Positions 1 through 19,178 of a DNA stretch of 64,000 nt are shown here, piece by piece. Under the pieces are notes generated by a model that saw nothing but the letters and a program-made list of their open reading frames with translations, was not told where the DNA came from and made no database searches. The stretch is taken from the NCBI RefSeq assembly GCF_009914755.1, contig NC_060943.1, one strand, 5' to 3'. Origin of the DNA: the human T2T-CHM13v2.0 reference genome, Homo sapiens. The position numbers and the translations under genes were made by a program. Position 1 is the first letter of the stretch. Each line of letters begins with the position of its first letter.

Positions 1-163
1 AAAAATACAAAAATTAGCCAGGTGTGGTGGCGGGTGCCTGTAATCCCAGCTACTCAGGAGGCTGAGGCAGGAGAATTGCTTGAAACCAGGAGGTGGAGGT
101 TGCAGTGAGCCGAGACCATGCCACTGCGCTCCAGCCTGTGCAACAAGAGCAAAACTCCATCTC

Positions 164-164
164 A

Positions 165-203
<39 letters not shown>

Positions 204-204
204 A
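164..204 (+). repeat. (ATAA)~10 microsatellite in an Alu tail
   Basis: Read directly from the sequence. Confidence 0.95.
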
Positions 205-689
205 GGCACGGAGAGTAATACGCACTGATAAGGTACACCTAATACAAGAAAAAGAAGCCTACAGTTTCACTATTTGGGAAAAGTTATTCTGCTCTTCATG
301 ACAGTGTTGAAAGAAACAGTTATGCACTGCCATCCCAGGGGCCACTTGTCTGGAAAAGATCGTCAGCCACAGGATTCACCATGTACATCAGCCATCCCAG
401 ACTGAGGTCTGAACCACCGAGCAAGTTTTTTTTTTTTTTTTTGAGATGCAGTCTGGCCTCGATCTCCTGACCTTGTGATCCACCCGCTTTGGCCTCCCGA
501 AGTGCTGGGATTACAGGCGTGAGCCACCGCGCCCGGCCGGAGCAAGTTTCTTAATGGGAAGTTACACCAGAGCTGGAGACTGGTCTGGCCCTTGCGAGGG
601 ATGACCTGTAGATTCTCTTCAGTGGGGGGTCCCCTGGTGCCACCGGGTGGGGCCAAGGCTCCGTCTGGTCAGCCCTGGAGGAGACATAC

Positions 690-856
690 CTGCGGCTCTC
701 TGAAAGGCATCTATGGCACTCTCCAGCCCAGCCTGCGTCTGCCGATCACACCGGGTCCCAATCTGGGTGTAGAGGGCCCCAGTGTTGAACAGGACACTGG
801 CCTTCTCCAGCAGCAGGTTCTGCTGGCTGACCGGAACCCCGGTGAGAGAGTCATAC
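690..856 (-). CDS. RHPN2: RHPN2 coding exon 7 ([56 protein letters not shown]), 167 nt; gene continues beyond the window start
   Basis: Acceptor ttcacatag|G, donor CAG|gtatgt. BRO1 hallmark FTWYD...EKASVLFN spans exons 6-7. Confidence 0.97.
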
Positions 857-1069
857 CTATGTGAAAGAAATGCATTCCGAGAATACAGATTACTTGGCTA
901 GTTAATGCTACAAGTGGAAAAAATTCTTTTTTTTTTTTTTTTTAAGAGTCAATATCTCACTCTGTTGCCCAGGCTGGAGTGCAGTGGTGTGATCATAGCT
1001 TACTGCAGCCTTCAACTTTAGGGCTCAGTTGATCCTCCCACCTCAGCCTCATGAGAATAGCTGGCATTA

Positions 1070-1443
<374 letters not shown>

Positions 1444-1539
1444 TCATTTCTTCAGTAAAAGTCAAGAATGCATGTGCACTGAGGCTTTTGTTTCCAAGCA
1501 AGATGACAGGACTAATCACACTGACCGCCACAGCCACAC

Positions 1540-1970
1540 ACAAAAATATCTGACGGGGTAACTGGATAAACACACCATGGGACATCCAGACAATGGAATA
1601 TTACTCAGCACTAAAAATGGAGAAATGAACCAGCAAGCCATGAAAAGATGCAGAGGAAACATTACTAAGTGAAAGAGCCAACCTGAACATTGCTACCTAC
1701 TGTATACGCTGTGTGATTCCAACATTCTGAAAAGCCAAAACCCTGGAGACAGAAGAAAGATCAGGGGTTGCCAGGACTTAGGGGGAGGGAGGGAGGGGGA
1801 GCACAAAGGATTTTTCCAGTAGTGAAACTCTTCTGTATGACACTGCAAAGGTGGATCACTGTCATTCTATGTTGGCCAAAAGCCACAGAATACACAAGTG
1901 CAAGAATGAACCCTAATGGAAACTATGGACTCTGGGTGATAATGATGTGTCAGGTAAGTTCTTCAATTAT
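1540..1970 (+). mobile_element. Old L1 (L1MC-like) 3' UTR fragment
   Basis: caatggaatattactcagca...ctaagtgaaagagcc...aaactatggactctgggtgataatgatgtgtca is typical of L1MC 3' ends. Confidence 0.7.
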
Positions 1971-2171
1971 AAAAAAAAAAAATGGGCTGGGAGCGGTGGC
2001 TCATGCCAGTAATCCCAGCACTTTGGGAGGCCAAGGCGGTATGGCTTCTCCTAAATGAAATATGGCAATTACTAACCCCTCATAATTCTTTCTGAAATCT
2101 AAAAACTCAGGATTTGTTTTAATTTGTTTTACTTTTTATTTTTTCAGACAAAGTCTCACTCTGTTGCCTAG

Positions 2172-2312
<141 letters not shown>

Positions 2313-2341
2313 TAGAGATAGGGTCTCACTGTGTTGCCTAG

Positions 2342-2755
<414 letters not shown>

Positions 2756-2972
2756 TAGGACTTGTTTTAAAGTTTACTCATGAACCAGGGGGTGTGCAGA
2801 CAGCTTCTCCCTAATTCATGACTAAGGAGAAACCACCTTTCGCCTTTTCGGCCATGCAGACAGCCTGGTGCATTGTTAGGAAAAGTCATCCCCCTTTCCT
2901 TTGCTTTCCATGAGGAAGGCATTAGTAGCCACCCATCAGCTGTAGAAACATTGAATTCTGATATGCCCCTGA

Positions 2973-3242
<270 letters not shown>

Positions 3243-3376
3243 TAGAAGCAGGGTTTCACCATATTGGACAGGCTGGTCTCGAACTCCTGACCTCGTGATC
3301 TGCCTGCCTTGGCCTCCCAAAGTGCTGGGATTACAGGTGTGAACCACCACGCCCAGCCTTTTTTTTTCTTGTTTGA

Positions 3377-3686
<310 letters not shown>

Positions 3687-3702
3687 TGAAAATACCAATT
3701 GG

Positions 3703-3743
3703 GTCTACGGCCATACCACCCTGACGTGCCTGATCTTGTCTGA
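3703..3743 (+). pseudogene. 3'-truncated (tailless) 5S rRNA retropseudogene, first ~42 nt
   Basis: GTCTACGGCCATACCACCCTGA-CGTGCCTGATCTTGTCTGA versus human 5S GTCTACGGCCATACCACCCTGAACGCGCCCGATCTCGTCTGA: one deletion and three CpG transitions. 15-bp TSD TGAAAATACCAATTG at 3687-3701 and 3741-3755. Confidence 0.92.
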
Positions 3744-4354
3744 AAATACCAATTGTGGAGAAGAATCAAATGCTCTACTTCCTTTTTTTAAATCTGATCT
3801 AAGCTGAGTGAGTAGCTCATGCCTATAGTCCCAGCTATTCAGGAGGCTGAAGCAGAAATATCACCTGAGCCTAGGAATTCAAGACTAGCCTGGGCAACAC
3901 AGTGAGACCCCATTTCAAAAGAAACCTGATCTATTTCTGTTTGGTGCTTTTGCCTCACTGGATAAGACCTGATTTTCTCTCTCTCTCTCACTCACACATA
4001 CACATGCATGCCCCTGTCCAATCTGAGATAAGAATCTCGCTTCTGGCTAATTCCACTTCAGAGCCCCCGTGCTTCCCCAGTGATACAACGAGCAAGAAAA
4101 ATGTCTCTTCTCCTTGGCTCGCTTGTTCTGAGAAGCAAGAGGCCACAGTCTGTTGGAGCCATCTCCCCTCGGATCACCTTCATAAATAAATACCAATGTA
4201 TTGACATCTTTTGAGACTTCCCCAGATAAATGCAAGATAGGAAAGGGGGCTGAGGTGCACAGGGGCACCCGCAGAGGGGCGTCTGTGATGCTGAGGCTCC
4301 AAAATTGTGGCTGCCATAACACGTGAAGCGCCAGCGCAGACCTCAAGCACCTAC

Positions 4355-4479
4355 CAGGTGAACAGGAGTCCCATCTGCCGTGTGGGCGGGAAGAATCGAC
4401 TCTCGACAAAGCCCAGCTGGATGAAGTATGTCATCAGCAGTTCCACCCCGGCCTCATCCCGGCTAGGCGTCCGACAAGC
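4355..4479 (-). CDS. RHPN2: RHPN2 coding exon 6 ([42 protein letters not shown]), 125 nt
   Basis: Acceptor ttccttgcag|GCT, donor TG|gtaggt. Visible in ORF 4351..4611. Confidence 0.97.
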
Positions 4480-4682
4480 CTGCAAGGAAAAGAACCCAAG
4501 AGGGCATGAGCAGAGGAGGACACAGCTGATGGCCCTTCCCAGAAGGTGCCCTGCACATACCAGCAGGTGCCTGTAACTATTTCTGCAGTATGATGACCTC
4601 GCTACTGGCATCGTAAACTCTGGGAGGGGTGGAAAGAACCTGGGAGGAAGTCAGAAATCCTGGAATCCAGTCCCAGCCCTGA

Positions 4683-4865
<183 letters not shown>

Positions 4866-5322
4866 TAGCACCATGCCTGGCTTGTTTTTGTATTTTTAGT
4901 AGAAACAGGGTTTTGCCATGTTGGCCAGTCTGGTCTCAAACTTCTGACCTCAGGTGTTCCACCCGCTTCAGCCTCCCAAAGTGCTGGAATTACCAGCATG
5001 CACCACCACGCCCAGCTAATTTTTGTATTTTTAGTAGAGACAGGGTTTCACCATGTTGGCCAGGATGGTCTGGAACTCCTGACCTCAGGTGATCCGCCCA
5101 CCTCCACACCCCAAAGTGCTGGGATTACACAGGCATGAACCACCGCGCCTGGCCTCCTTCTACAGTTTTCTTATGCAGCAAGTGGAATGGATGATTCCAG
5201 CACCCCCCAACCATCACCTCTATCCACCCGCGATTCTGTTAAGACCACAAGCGTGCAATAATGGGGTTCCCTGAAGACTCGGAAAAGCCACCCTCCCCTC
5301 TCTGCTGCACACAAAAACTTAC

Positions 5323-6180
<858 letters not shown>

Positions 6181-7234
6181 TAAATGTTGTGCTGCTTCAG
6201 TAAAAGTGAGAGTTGAAGTAAATTTTTTGCTTAAAAATGTCTTTGTGTCTGCGCATCGTGGCTCACGTCTGTAATCCCAGCACTTTGTGAAGACCAGGCA
6301 GGTAAATCACTTGAGCCCAGGAGTTCGAGACCAGTCTATGGCCTATACATTCAACTATACTGCAAACACTGCAGCTATTCAGGGGCTCAGACTTGCAATT
6401 CTGGGCCTCCCTCAGGACCCGGACAAGTTTCCCAGCACAGATCCTGAGGGTAGGACTGTCAATAACAGTCTCCAGATACAGGTTTCCTTTGCCAAGAAGA
6501 CCCTTAACCATGTTATAAAGGCATTTTATTTTATTTTACTTTATTTTATTTTATTTTATTTTATCTTTGAGGCAGGGTCTCACTTTGTTGCCTCGGCTGG
6601 AGTGCAGTGGTGCGATCGCGGCTCACTGCAGCCTCAACTTCTCCAGGCTGAAGCAATCCTCCTACTTCAGCCTCCCAAGTAGCTGGGACCACAGGCACGT
6701 GCCACAAGCTAATTTCATTTTTGTGTTTTTTAATAGAGATGGGGTTTTGCCCTGTCGCCCCACCCCCGCCCCTACAAGTGCTGGCTCCCCCAAGCTGCAA
6801 GAAAGGTGATCACATAGATCGCTCAATTATGTCTTCCCAAGTGACTGTGAGTAACCTCTTTACACAACTTTTACATTAAAGCTCCTCCTGTTTTTGTGTG
6901 TTCAACATACAGACACACAAACAGACAAACACTTGTCTTACAAAAATGGATTTGTACTAAATACACAACTTTGCTGTGCCTTCTTTTTCTTTTTTTAAGA
7001 GATGAGGGTCTTGCTCTGTCGTCCAGGGTGGAGTGCAATGGTGCAATCATAGCTCACTGCAGCCTTGAACTCCCGGGCTCAAGTCATCCTCCCACTTCAG
7101 CCTCTCCAGGAGAGGGGACTATAGGTGTGCACCACCACACTCAGCTAATATTGTTATTTTTCATAAAGACAGAGTCTTCCTATGTTGCCTAGGCTGGTCT
7201 CGGACTCCTGGCCTCAGGTGATCCTCCCACCTCA

Positions 7235-7486
<252 letters not shown>

Positions 7487-7811
7487 TCAGGTGTAGTAAC
7501 TCATGCCTGTGATCCCAGCACTTTGGGAGGCCAAGGTGGGAGAATCACTTGAGACCAGGAGTTTGAGACCAGCATGGACAACACAGTGAAACCCCATCTC
7601 TACAAATAATAAAAAATTAGCCAGGCGTGCTGAGGCAGGAGGAGGATCACTTGAGCCCAGGAGGTTGAGGCTGCAGTGAGCCATGATCACATCACTGCAC
7701 TCCAATCTTATGAAAGTCAAAGAGGATTTTGATTAAATTTTATATGTGATCCTGAATTTGAAACTTAGTAAACTAGGGTAGATTAACGTACTTAGTGGGA
7801 TAAAAAAATTA

Positions 7812-8115
<304 letters not shown>

Positions 8116-8505
8116 CTAACTGAAACCCACTGTGAACATTAGGGACAAAATGAGAATTTCTACCATCACTGTTATTACTTAGCCTAATTCCAAACATTCT
8201 CTAGCCCACACATTAAGAAAAATAAGAGACATAAAATATTAGAAAGAAACAATCAAAATAATTTTTTGCAACGTAACAGCATGTTTATAAAACCCAATAG
8301 CATCAACTGAAACATTACTAAATTAATAAGAATTCAATAAAGTGGCAAAGAATTTAACACATGAAAGTCAATAGTAAAAAAGAAAAGTCAATATTCTTCC
8401 TTTCTTATACAAGCAATAACCAATTAGAAAAACTTAGCAGACAGCCAGGTGTGGTGGCTCACATCTGTAATCCCAGCAGTTTTCAAGGCTGAGGTGGGCG
8501 GATCA

Positions 8506-8841
<336 letters not shown>

Positions 8842-9001
8842 TTACTGAAGAACAGATGTTATTTCATTTTCTTTCATTGATTCGAAATTTTTTTTTTTTT
8901 TAAATGAGACAAGTTATCATTCTGTTTTCCAGGATGGAGTGCAGGGGCTCAATCATAGCTGACTGCAGCCTCGACCTCTTGGGCTCAAGCAATCCACCTC
9001 A

Positions 9002-9247
<246 letters not shown>

Positions 9248-9250
9248 TCA

Positions 9251-9355
<105 letters not shown>

Positions 9356-9756
9356 CTAAATAAATAGATACATAAAATAAAATAAAACAAAATCACACTG
9401 TGAAGCTTCACTGATTATAAAACATCACACGGACACACAAGTCAGATTTGAAATGGAACTGCCGTAATTCAGTCTGCTGAACCACTTCTGCAGTACCTGT
9501 GTTTCTATCAAATATGGAAGGGAAAAAATACAACAGAAAGTCCGTCAAACGTTCTCATTTTCATATGACTGACATTTGTAGAGTCTCTTTTAGGCTAAAA
9601 TGACATGGTTGGAAGCCTGTGCCGAATGGCAGTTGGCCATGTCCACAACATGTGAATATTTTCATTTGCTTTAATGTGGAATTCAGAACATGACCCAGTT
9701 GAATCCTTAAAAATGCCTATAAAATTCCTAAGTTTCTCCAAGAGACTCTTCCTTTA

Positions 9757-10100
<344 letters not shown>

Positions 10101-10822
10101 TTAAATCGTAAAGAAACTTCTACAACAGCAGCAACAGACATTTCTAGACAGGTGGATTGTTTTGAGTCCCACAGACCAGTGGCAAGTCACATCTATTTTT
10201 GCATTTATATATATACACATTACACATATATTTTAAATAAAAATAGAGATGCGGCTGGGTGTGGTGGCTCACATCTATAATCTCAGCACTTTTACTGGAG
10301 GTGGAAGCAGGAAGATCACTTGGGGCCAGGAGAGTTCAAGACCAGCCTGGGCATCATAGTGAGGAGACCCCATCTCTTAAAAAAAAAAAAAAAAAAAAAG
10401 AGAGAGAGAGATGACTGGCCATGGTGGTTGACGCCTGTAATCCCAGCACTTTGGAAGGCCGAGGTGGGCGGATCACCTGAGGTCAGGAGTTCGAGATCAG
10501 CCTGGCCAACATGGTGAAACCCTGTCTCTACTAAAAATACAAAAATTAGCCTGGCACGGTGGCTCATGCCTCTAATCCCAGCACTTTGAGAGCCTGAGGC
10601 AGGTGTATCATGAGGTCAGGAGTTCAAGATCAGCCTGGCCAGGATGGTGAAACCCCGTCTCTACTAAAAATACAAAAATTAGCCGGGCGTGGTAGTGGGT
10701 GCCTGAAACCCCAGCTACTCAGGAGGCTGAGGCAGAGAATTGCTTGAACCCAGGAGGTGGAGGTTGCAGTGAGCCGAGATCACGCCACTGCACTCTAGCC
10801 TGGGCAACAGAGCGAGGCTTCA

Positions 10823-11074
<252 letters not shown>

Positions 11075-11598
11075 TCAAGCTGTCCTCTTGCCTCAGCCTC
11101 CCAAAGTGCTAAGATTATAGGCATGAGCCATTGCATCTGGGCATAAGTCTCAGGTAAAAGTTCAGGCAGGCTGTGGCAGTGTGGCATAAAGCTGCAATTC
11201 CCGAATTGTTTTCATTGCTTTCTACCCAGAATACAAACTTTCCAGTAAACTTGAGTCCTGAAACATTCAGAATACCAACTTCCCTTCTCCAATTCCAAAA
11301 TAAACCCCAAACTCACAGGATTTAAACAAGGCAGCAGTCAAAAAGGCCTCTATTTATGTCAAACAACTCACTGTCTCTGAGAATGAACGTCAAGTGCTTC
11401 CAAAGTATTAACCAATTGCTTTTAAAAGTAGTAGTTGGCCGGGAGCGGCGGCTCACACCTGTAATCCCAGCACTTTGGGAGGCCGAGGCGGGTGGATCGA
11501 GTTTGAGACCAGCCTGGCCAACATAGTGAAACCCCATCTCTACTAAAAATACAAATTAGCTAGGCATGATGGCGGGTGCCTGTAATCCCACCTACTCA

Positions 11599-11703
<105 letters not shown>

Positions 11704-12092
11704 TCAAAAAAAAAAAAAAAAGAAAGAAAGAAAGAAAAAAATAGTAATAGTCAAAATGTCATAAGATGTTTTCTTTTCTAAACTAAAAGTAGTCCAAGAT
11801 GAGCCAATTAAGAGGATTATCATGGAAAGTAAAATAAGCCAGGCACAGTGGCTCATGCCTATAATCCCAGCACTTTGGGAGGCCAAGGCAGGAGGACTGC
11901 TTGAACCCAGGAGTTTGAGACCAGCCTGGGCAACAGTGGGAAACTCTGTCTTTACGAAAAATACAAAAATTAGCCAGGCATGGTGGCTCACGCCTGTAAT
12001 CCCAGCACTTTGGAAGGCCAAGACAGGTGGATCACCTGTGGTCAGGAGTTCGAGACCCACCTGACCAACATGGAGAAACCCCGTCTCTGCTA

Positions 12093-12239
<147 letters not shown>

Positions 12240-13168
12240 CTAAATTCCATCTCAATAAAAAAGAAAGAAAGAAAGAAAAATGCAACAATTAGCCAGGCAC
12301 GGTGGCACACGCCTATAGTACCAGCTACTCAGGAGGCTGAAGTGGGAGGATCACCTGAGCCCAGGAGGCAGGGGTTGCAGTGAGCCGAGATCATGCCACT
12401 GCATGCCAGCCTGGGTGAAAAAGTGAGACTCTGTCTCAAAATAATAAAGAAAAAGAAAAAAAAAAAGAACGTAAAATATTTCTTCAAAGCAATTTTCATG
12501 ATACTAGGATTAATTCCTATAACCAATGCCTGGGCTGCATGGCGCAAACTTGGGCCACCCTGCACCTCATCCCCTTTCCCCTCCTTGATGGAATTTGGAG
12601 GTGACTGGTTAAAAACTCAAACTGATGGAGTTGAAGAGGGAAGGAAGAGGAGGGTATTCCAGGCACAGGACGGTCTCCCAGCCCCAGCATCGGGGCATGG
12701 TCTCTCCTGTGTTCTCCACTGAAGCACCTCTTCCACTTCCCACTTGAAACCCCCACTGACCCAAAGGCCCCGCAGGCAGGGCTTGTGGCATCTCTGGCAC
12801 CCAGCACAGTGCCAGGCACAGGTGGGCTTATGAGGATCTGCAAATGGGAGAGGAGTCCAGATACCCAGGAATGTGGCTGGGGGACACACAAGCAAAGACT
12901 CTGGTTATTCAAATATTTAAGGGGAGTGAATTGACATCTTTGATTTCCTTTGAAATTGCATTACAAATAAGACAGACTGATAATAGCCATTACTTTCGTT
13001 CTCTTTTTTTTTTTTTTTTGAGACACAGTTTCACTGCTGCCCAGGCTGGAGTGCAGTGGCACAATCTCAGCTCACTGCATCCTCTGCCTCCTGGGTTCAA
13101 GCGACTCTCTCGTGCCTCAGCCTCTCGAGTAACTAGGATTACAGGCATATGCCACTATGCCCAGCTAA

Positions 13169-13526
<358 letters not shown>

Positions 13527-13994
13527 CAGACACAAGAATGCGCAGATGGACAAATATGTCAGGAAGCAATGCTGGCAGTATGTTCTTGGAAGAATTGAGT
13601 ACACAGGAGTTTGCTATAAAATTCTTAAAATTTTTTGAAAAGTTTGGAAATTTTCATAATAAAATGTTAGAGAAAAAACTTTAGCTATTCTTCTAAAGAC
13701 ATAACCTAAACTGGTTATATGATTTAAGAAAAAAATACACTATTAATAAAAGAGGATATAAGTTTTAAATTTCAAAGCATGTCCACTACAGACCCTCTTT
13801 GACTTGGCCTCTTGGGAAAGGCCCTCCTGGGTTTCCAACCTGCCTTGTCCAAGACCCAGGAGGAGCTTCAGAAGCCATCAAAGGCAACAACAAAAATATG
13901 GCAGGAATAAACATATAAATTATGCATGTAGCTGGCTGAGAAGGGCCTCAGGGTCACTCTGTAGATATCAACTGACTCTGCCTGTTGAGCCTAA

Positions 13995-14213
<219 letters not shown>

Positions 14214-14244
14214 TGAGTCTGGTGCCCATGGCTTTGAGATTTAC

Positions 14245-14320
14245 CTTGAGGACGACTGCAAAGTCGACGTCTTTCGTTTCCTTCAGGCCAAGAGGAATCA
14301 GGGGAATCGTAAATGCCTCC
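14245..14320 (-). CDS. RHPN2: RHPN2 coding exon 4 ([25 protein letters not shown]), 76 nt; start of BRO1 domain
   Basis: Acceptor ttcctcatag|G, donor AAG|gtaaat. Frame consistent. Confidence 0.96.
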
Positions 14321-14576
14321 CTATGAGGAACACAACAAGGTATGTATGAACACCCCCAACCGGACCCCTGTGCACCCCACGGCCTTGCCCTCAGCAGCCC
14401 AAGCTCAGGTGTGTGCCCCCTCCTTACCCCATCCTGTACTCACCTGGCTGACAGGCTCATTTTCCATAAGGATGACTCTGGTCATGCCCCACCCTCTGCT
14501 CTAAAACTGACCCCGCTCCCTAAGACTGCTGGACCACCCCTCCTAACACATCAGGCCCCTGGCATCTTGACACTGA

Positions 14577-14822
<246 letters not shown>

Positions 14823-15680
14823 TGACCACGTTGGCTAGGCTGGTCTTCTGACCTCAAGCGATCCGCCCACCTTGGCCTCCCAATGTGCTGGGATGACGGG
14901 CGTGAGCCTCTGAGCCCAGCTCAGTCTCAATGCTTCTTTCGGCAGCTGTGCTGAGAGTCTATTGTGTGCCAGGGTCTGTGCCTGGTGCACTTGCTGCTCC
15001 CACCTGGGTGCACCACCCTGCTGCCTCCTTTGTCAGCTCCTCACCCCCACCTCCTCTGCCCCCCTCAGCGGGCCCCACAGCTGTGGAAGCTCTCCAATAC
15101 CCTCACATTTGCAACTCTGGGTTCATAGGGGCCTCTTCTTTGGGAAGTGTCTAGGCGTCCCACCACCGGCACAGGAGATGCCGTCAGGGCAGAAGCCCCA
15201 TCTGACACCGAAATGCACCTGCCTCCCAGCCCAGGGTCAGACACCCTCCACCTCCTCTCCCCCAGCTGACCACTCCGTAACCACAGGTCGCCTGGGGAGT
15301 GCTCCCTGAGCCTACATTCCTAGGGGCAGGGCCAGAAGGAAGTGAATGAAGCTCAGGCTGTGTTTTGCAAACAAGGATTTAGCTCCCTGACCTGTAACAG
15401 GAGACCTCCTTGGGCTGCTCAGCCCAGCCCCACAAGAAGGCCAGGAAGGCTGGGCAGGGCGAGGGGACAATGCAGCTGTAAGCTGAACCTGGCTCTGCAG
15501 TGCAGCTGTGCTACAGCCAGGTGAGTCCCATCCGGGGGCATGGAAAGCCGGATCCTGCTGAAGGCTCCTCCAGGCTACTCAGGGCAGGAAGCCAGGTTTG
15601 CAGCTGTCCAGGCAATGAGAAGAGGAGGAGCGAGTGTCCTGAGTCCCAGCTCCAGGGTACCCCAGCCCCAATGTGGCAAT

Positions 15681-15700
15681 GACAGCGCCCTCTAGGTGCC
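15681..15700 (-). promoter_or_regulatory. Candidate CTCF site
   Basis: Minus strand GGCACCTAGAGGGCGCTGTC matches 12/14 positions of CCASYAGRKGGCRS. Confidence 0.45.
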
Positions 15701-16250
15701 TTCTGGCCTCCCTGAGTTTTCCCATCTGCACCATGAGGTTATTTCTTTCCCACCTACCTCCTAGAAGACTGTAAAGATCAACCATGCTAAGAAAGAAACA
15801 GTCTACTTTGAAAACACAGTAGTGCAGGCCAGGTGCAGTGGCTCACGCCCATAATCCCATCACTTTAGGAGGCTGAAATGGGTAGATCACCTGAGGTCAG
15901 GAGTTCAAGACCAGCCTGGCCAACATGGTAAAACCCCGTCTCTACTAAAAATACAAAAACTACCTGGGCATGGTGATGTGTGCCTGTAATCCCAGCTACT
16001 CAGGAGGCTGAGGCAGGAGAATCACTTCAACCAGGAGGTGGAGGTAGCAGTGAGCCAAGATCACGCCACTGCACTCCAGGCCTGGGCAAAAGAGCGAGAC
16101 TCCATCTCAGGAAAAAAAAAAAAAAAGAAAAAAAAAAGATCAACCATGCTAAGAAAGAAACAATCTACTTTGAAAACAGGGCCAGGCATGGTGGCTCACA
16201 CCTGTAATCCCAGCTCTTTGGGAGGCCGAGGCAGGCGGATCACGAGGTCA

Positions 16251-16611
<361 letters not shown>

Positions 16612-16944
16612 TCACTCTGTGGGAAGCCCTGTGTTGCACGTCCCTGCTCTTCGGCATGGCAAATGCGAGTGTGGAACAGCCGACATTTATTCCCAAACCT
16701 TGGCCCCATCTCGCCTCCTCCAGAACCTGAACCTTTTGGACAAACACTGGAATTGAACACCAGAGCATAGGCTGGGAGAACCTTCCATTAGCTGTCGCAC
16801 TGACTGGGCGTTCAAAACTGCACAGGAGGCCGGGTGTGGTGGCTCATGACTAATCCCAGCACTTTGGGAGGCTGAGGTGGGTGGATCACGAGGTCAGGAG
16901 TTCGAGACCAGCCTGGCCAACATGGTGAAACCCCGTCTCTACTA

Positions 16945-17067
<123 letters not shown>

Positions 17068-17851
17068 CTACACTCCAGCCTGGGTGACAGAGAGAGACTC
17101 CATCTCAAAAAAAGATAAAACAAACAAACAATAAAAACCGTACAGGAGCCCACAGGTAAGCCAGGCATGTGGTGTCACAAAGGGAAGAGCCAGCGAGGTT
17201 TCACACACTGACGCCTCCCCTCCAGCTCTGAAACCACCCCGGTGCCCTGCAGAGGACCAGCACCAGGAAACACACATTCCATAGGTGACTCAAGGTTCCC
17301 AAATCCCGGGAGCTATTTTCCGACTGAGTTTCCCCTGGGGCCCACCTACTTTTTGAGAAGTCTCATGCCCACACTGAAGAAGCACGTAAACCCTTCTCTG
17401 AACTGTCTCAAAGTTATTTCTCCTTAAAAAGAAGCATTTCGCTTAGGGTTCTGTTTTGTTTTTGTGTTTTTTGAGACAGGACTTTTTTCTGTTGCCATTA
17501 CTACAGTCTCGACCTCCCTGGCTCAAGTGATCTTCCCACCTCAGCCTTCTGAGTAGCTGAGACTACAGGTGTGCACCACCATGCCCGGCTAATTTTCCTA
17601 TTTTTTGTAGAGATGGGGTTTCACTATGTTGCCCAGGCTGGCCTTGAACTCCTGGGCTCAAGCGATCCCCCACCTCAGCCTCCTGAAGAGCCGGGATTAC
17701 AGGCATAAGGCAAGAGGGGCATTTCTTTCATAGTTAGATCTCCATTTTTGGAGATGTATTGCAATTCTGAGGGATGGTGTTGTTGGCTTTCACGTTGAAG
17801 AAATCGATTCCAAAATTGAGTTATGGAGAATGATACAATAGAGTGCCTTCA

Positions 17852-17983
<132 letters not shown>

Positions 17984-18050
17984 TTAAAAAAAAAAAAAAA
18001 AAAACAATTAGCCAAGTGTGATGGTGCGTGCCTGTAATCCCAGCTACTCA

Positions 18051-18224
<174 letters not shown>

Positions 18225-19178
18225 TCAGTTTGTCCCTCCAGCTAGGAAACAGACTGCAGTCCAACGTAAGTACAGTGCACAGAATCTCTGTGTGTGCATA
18301 GTGGCCTCCCCTTACAGGGTCAATTTTGGCCTTTGGCCTTAATCCCAAAGTATTTGTGTATGCTTTTTGTTCCTTGGCAAATAAATGAGGAAATAATTAG
18401 CCAACATTGGAAAGGTATTGTCCTAACAATGTCCCTTTAATATTTCTTAGGAAAGTTATGGTGACCCACTAAAATATCCTTGCTTAATGTCTGTTCAGTT
18501 GAATTTAATAACATATCTTGCTAATGTTTGCGTGTCTATGAAATGTGACTACGCGGAATTACTGAAAATTAACTATAAAATCCAAGGCATCTAACTTTTA
18601 AACTTATCTTGGCTCATCACGTATATTTACACTAGATTTTATACTGTGTTCATTTGTTTTTTTTTTTTTTTGTCTGTTTGTTTTGAGACAGAGTCTTGCT
18701 CTGTCAGCCGGGCTGGAGTACAGTAGTGTGATCTCGGCTCACTGAAACGTCCAACTCCCGGGTTCAAGCAATTCTGCCTCAGCCTCTGAGAAGCCAGGAT
18801 TACAAGTGTGCACCACCACGCCTGGCTATTTTTTTTTTTATTTTTAGCAGAGACGGGGTTTCACCATGTTGGCCAGACTGACCTCAGGTGATCCACCCGC
18901 CTCAGCCTCCCAAAGTGTTGGGATTACGGGAGTGAGCCACCGTGCCCGGCCTCACAAATGCCTTTTTGTCCAACACTGCAGGTATTTCCCAACAAATGGG
19001 CTCATCCCTTCCAGTCTAGCACCTCACTCAACCCCAAACCTGATGGTTCTCTCACTTCCGAAAGTGGGGGCTGCCACACCCCAGTCTAGAACGCTATCTG
19101 ACCTCTTTGTGCAGCACCCTGGATGTACGAAGGATCTCTGGCTCAGAGGCTTTTGGAAGGTGTGCTGCTCCCACTTAC

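Noticed and set aside
6409-6470. Two adjacent inverted repeats (CCCTCAGGA/TCCTGAGGG and GACTGT/ACAGTC) as a structured ncRNA
   Set aside because: Stems of 9 and 6 bp are expected by chance in 64 kb; no sno/miRNA hallmarks.
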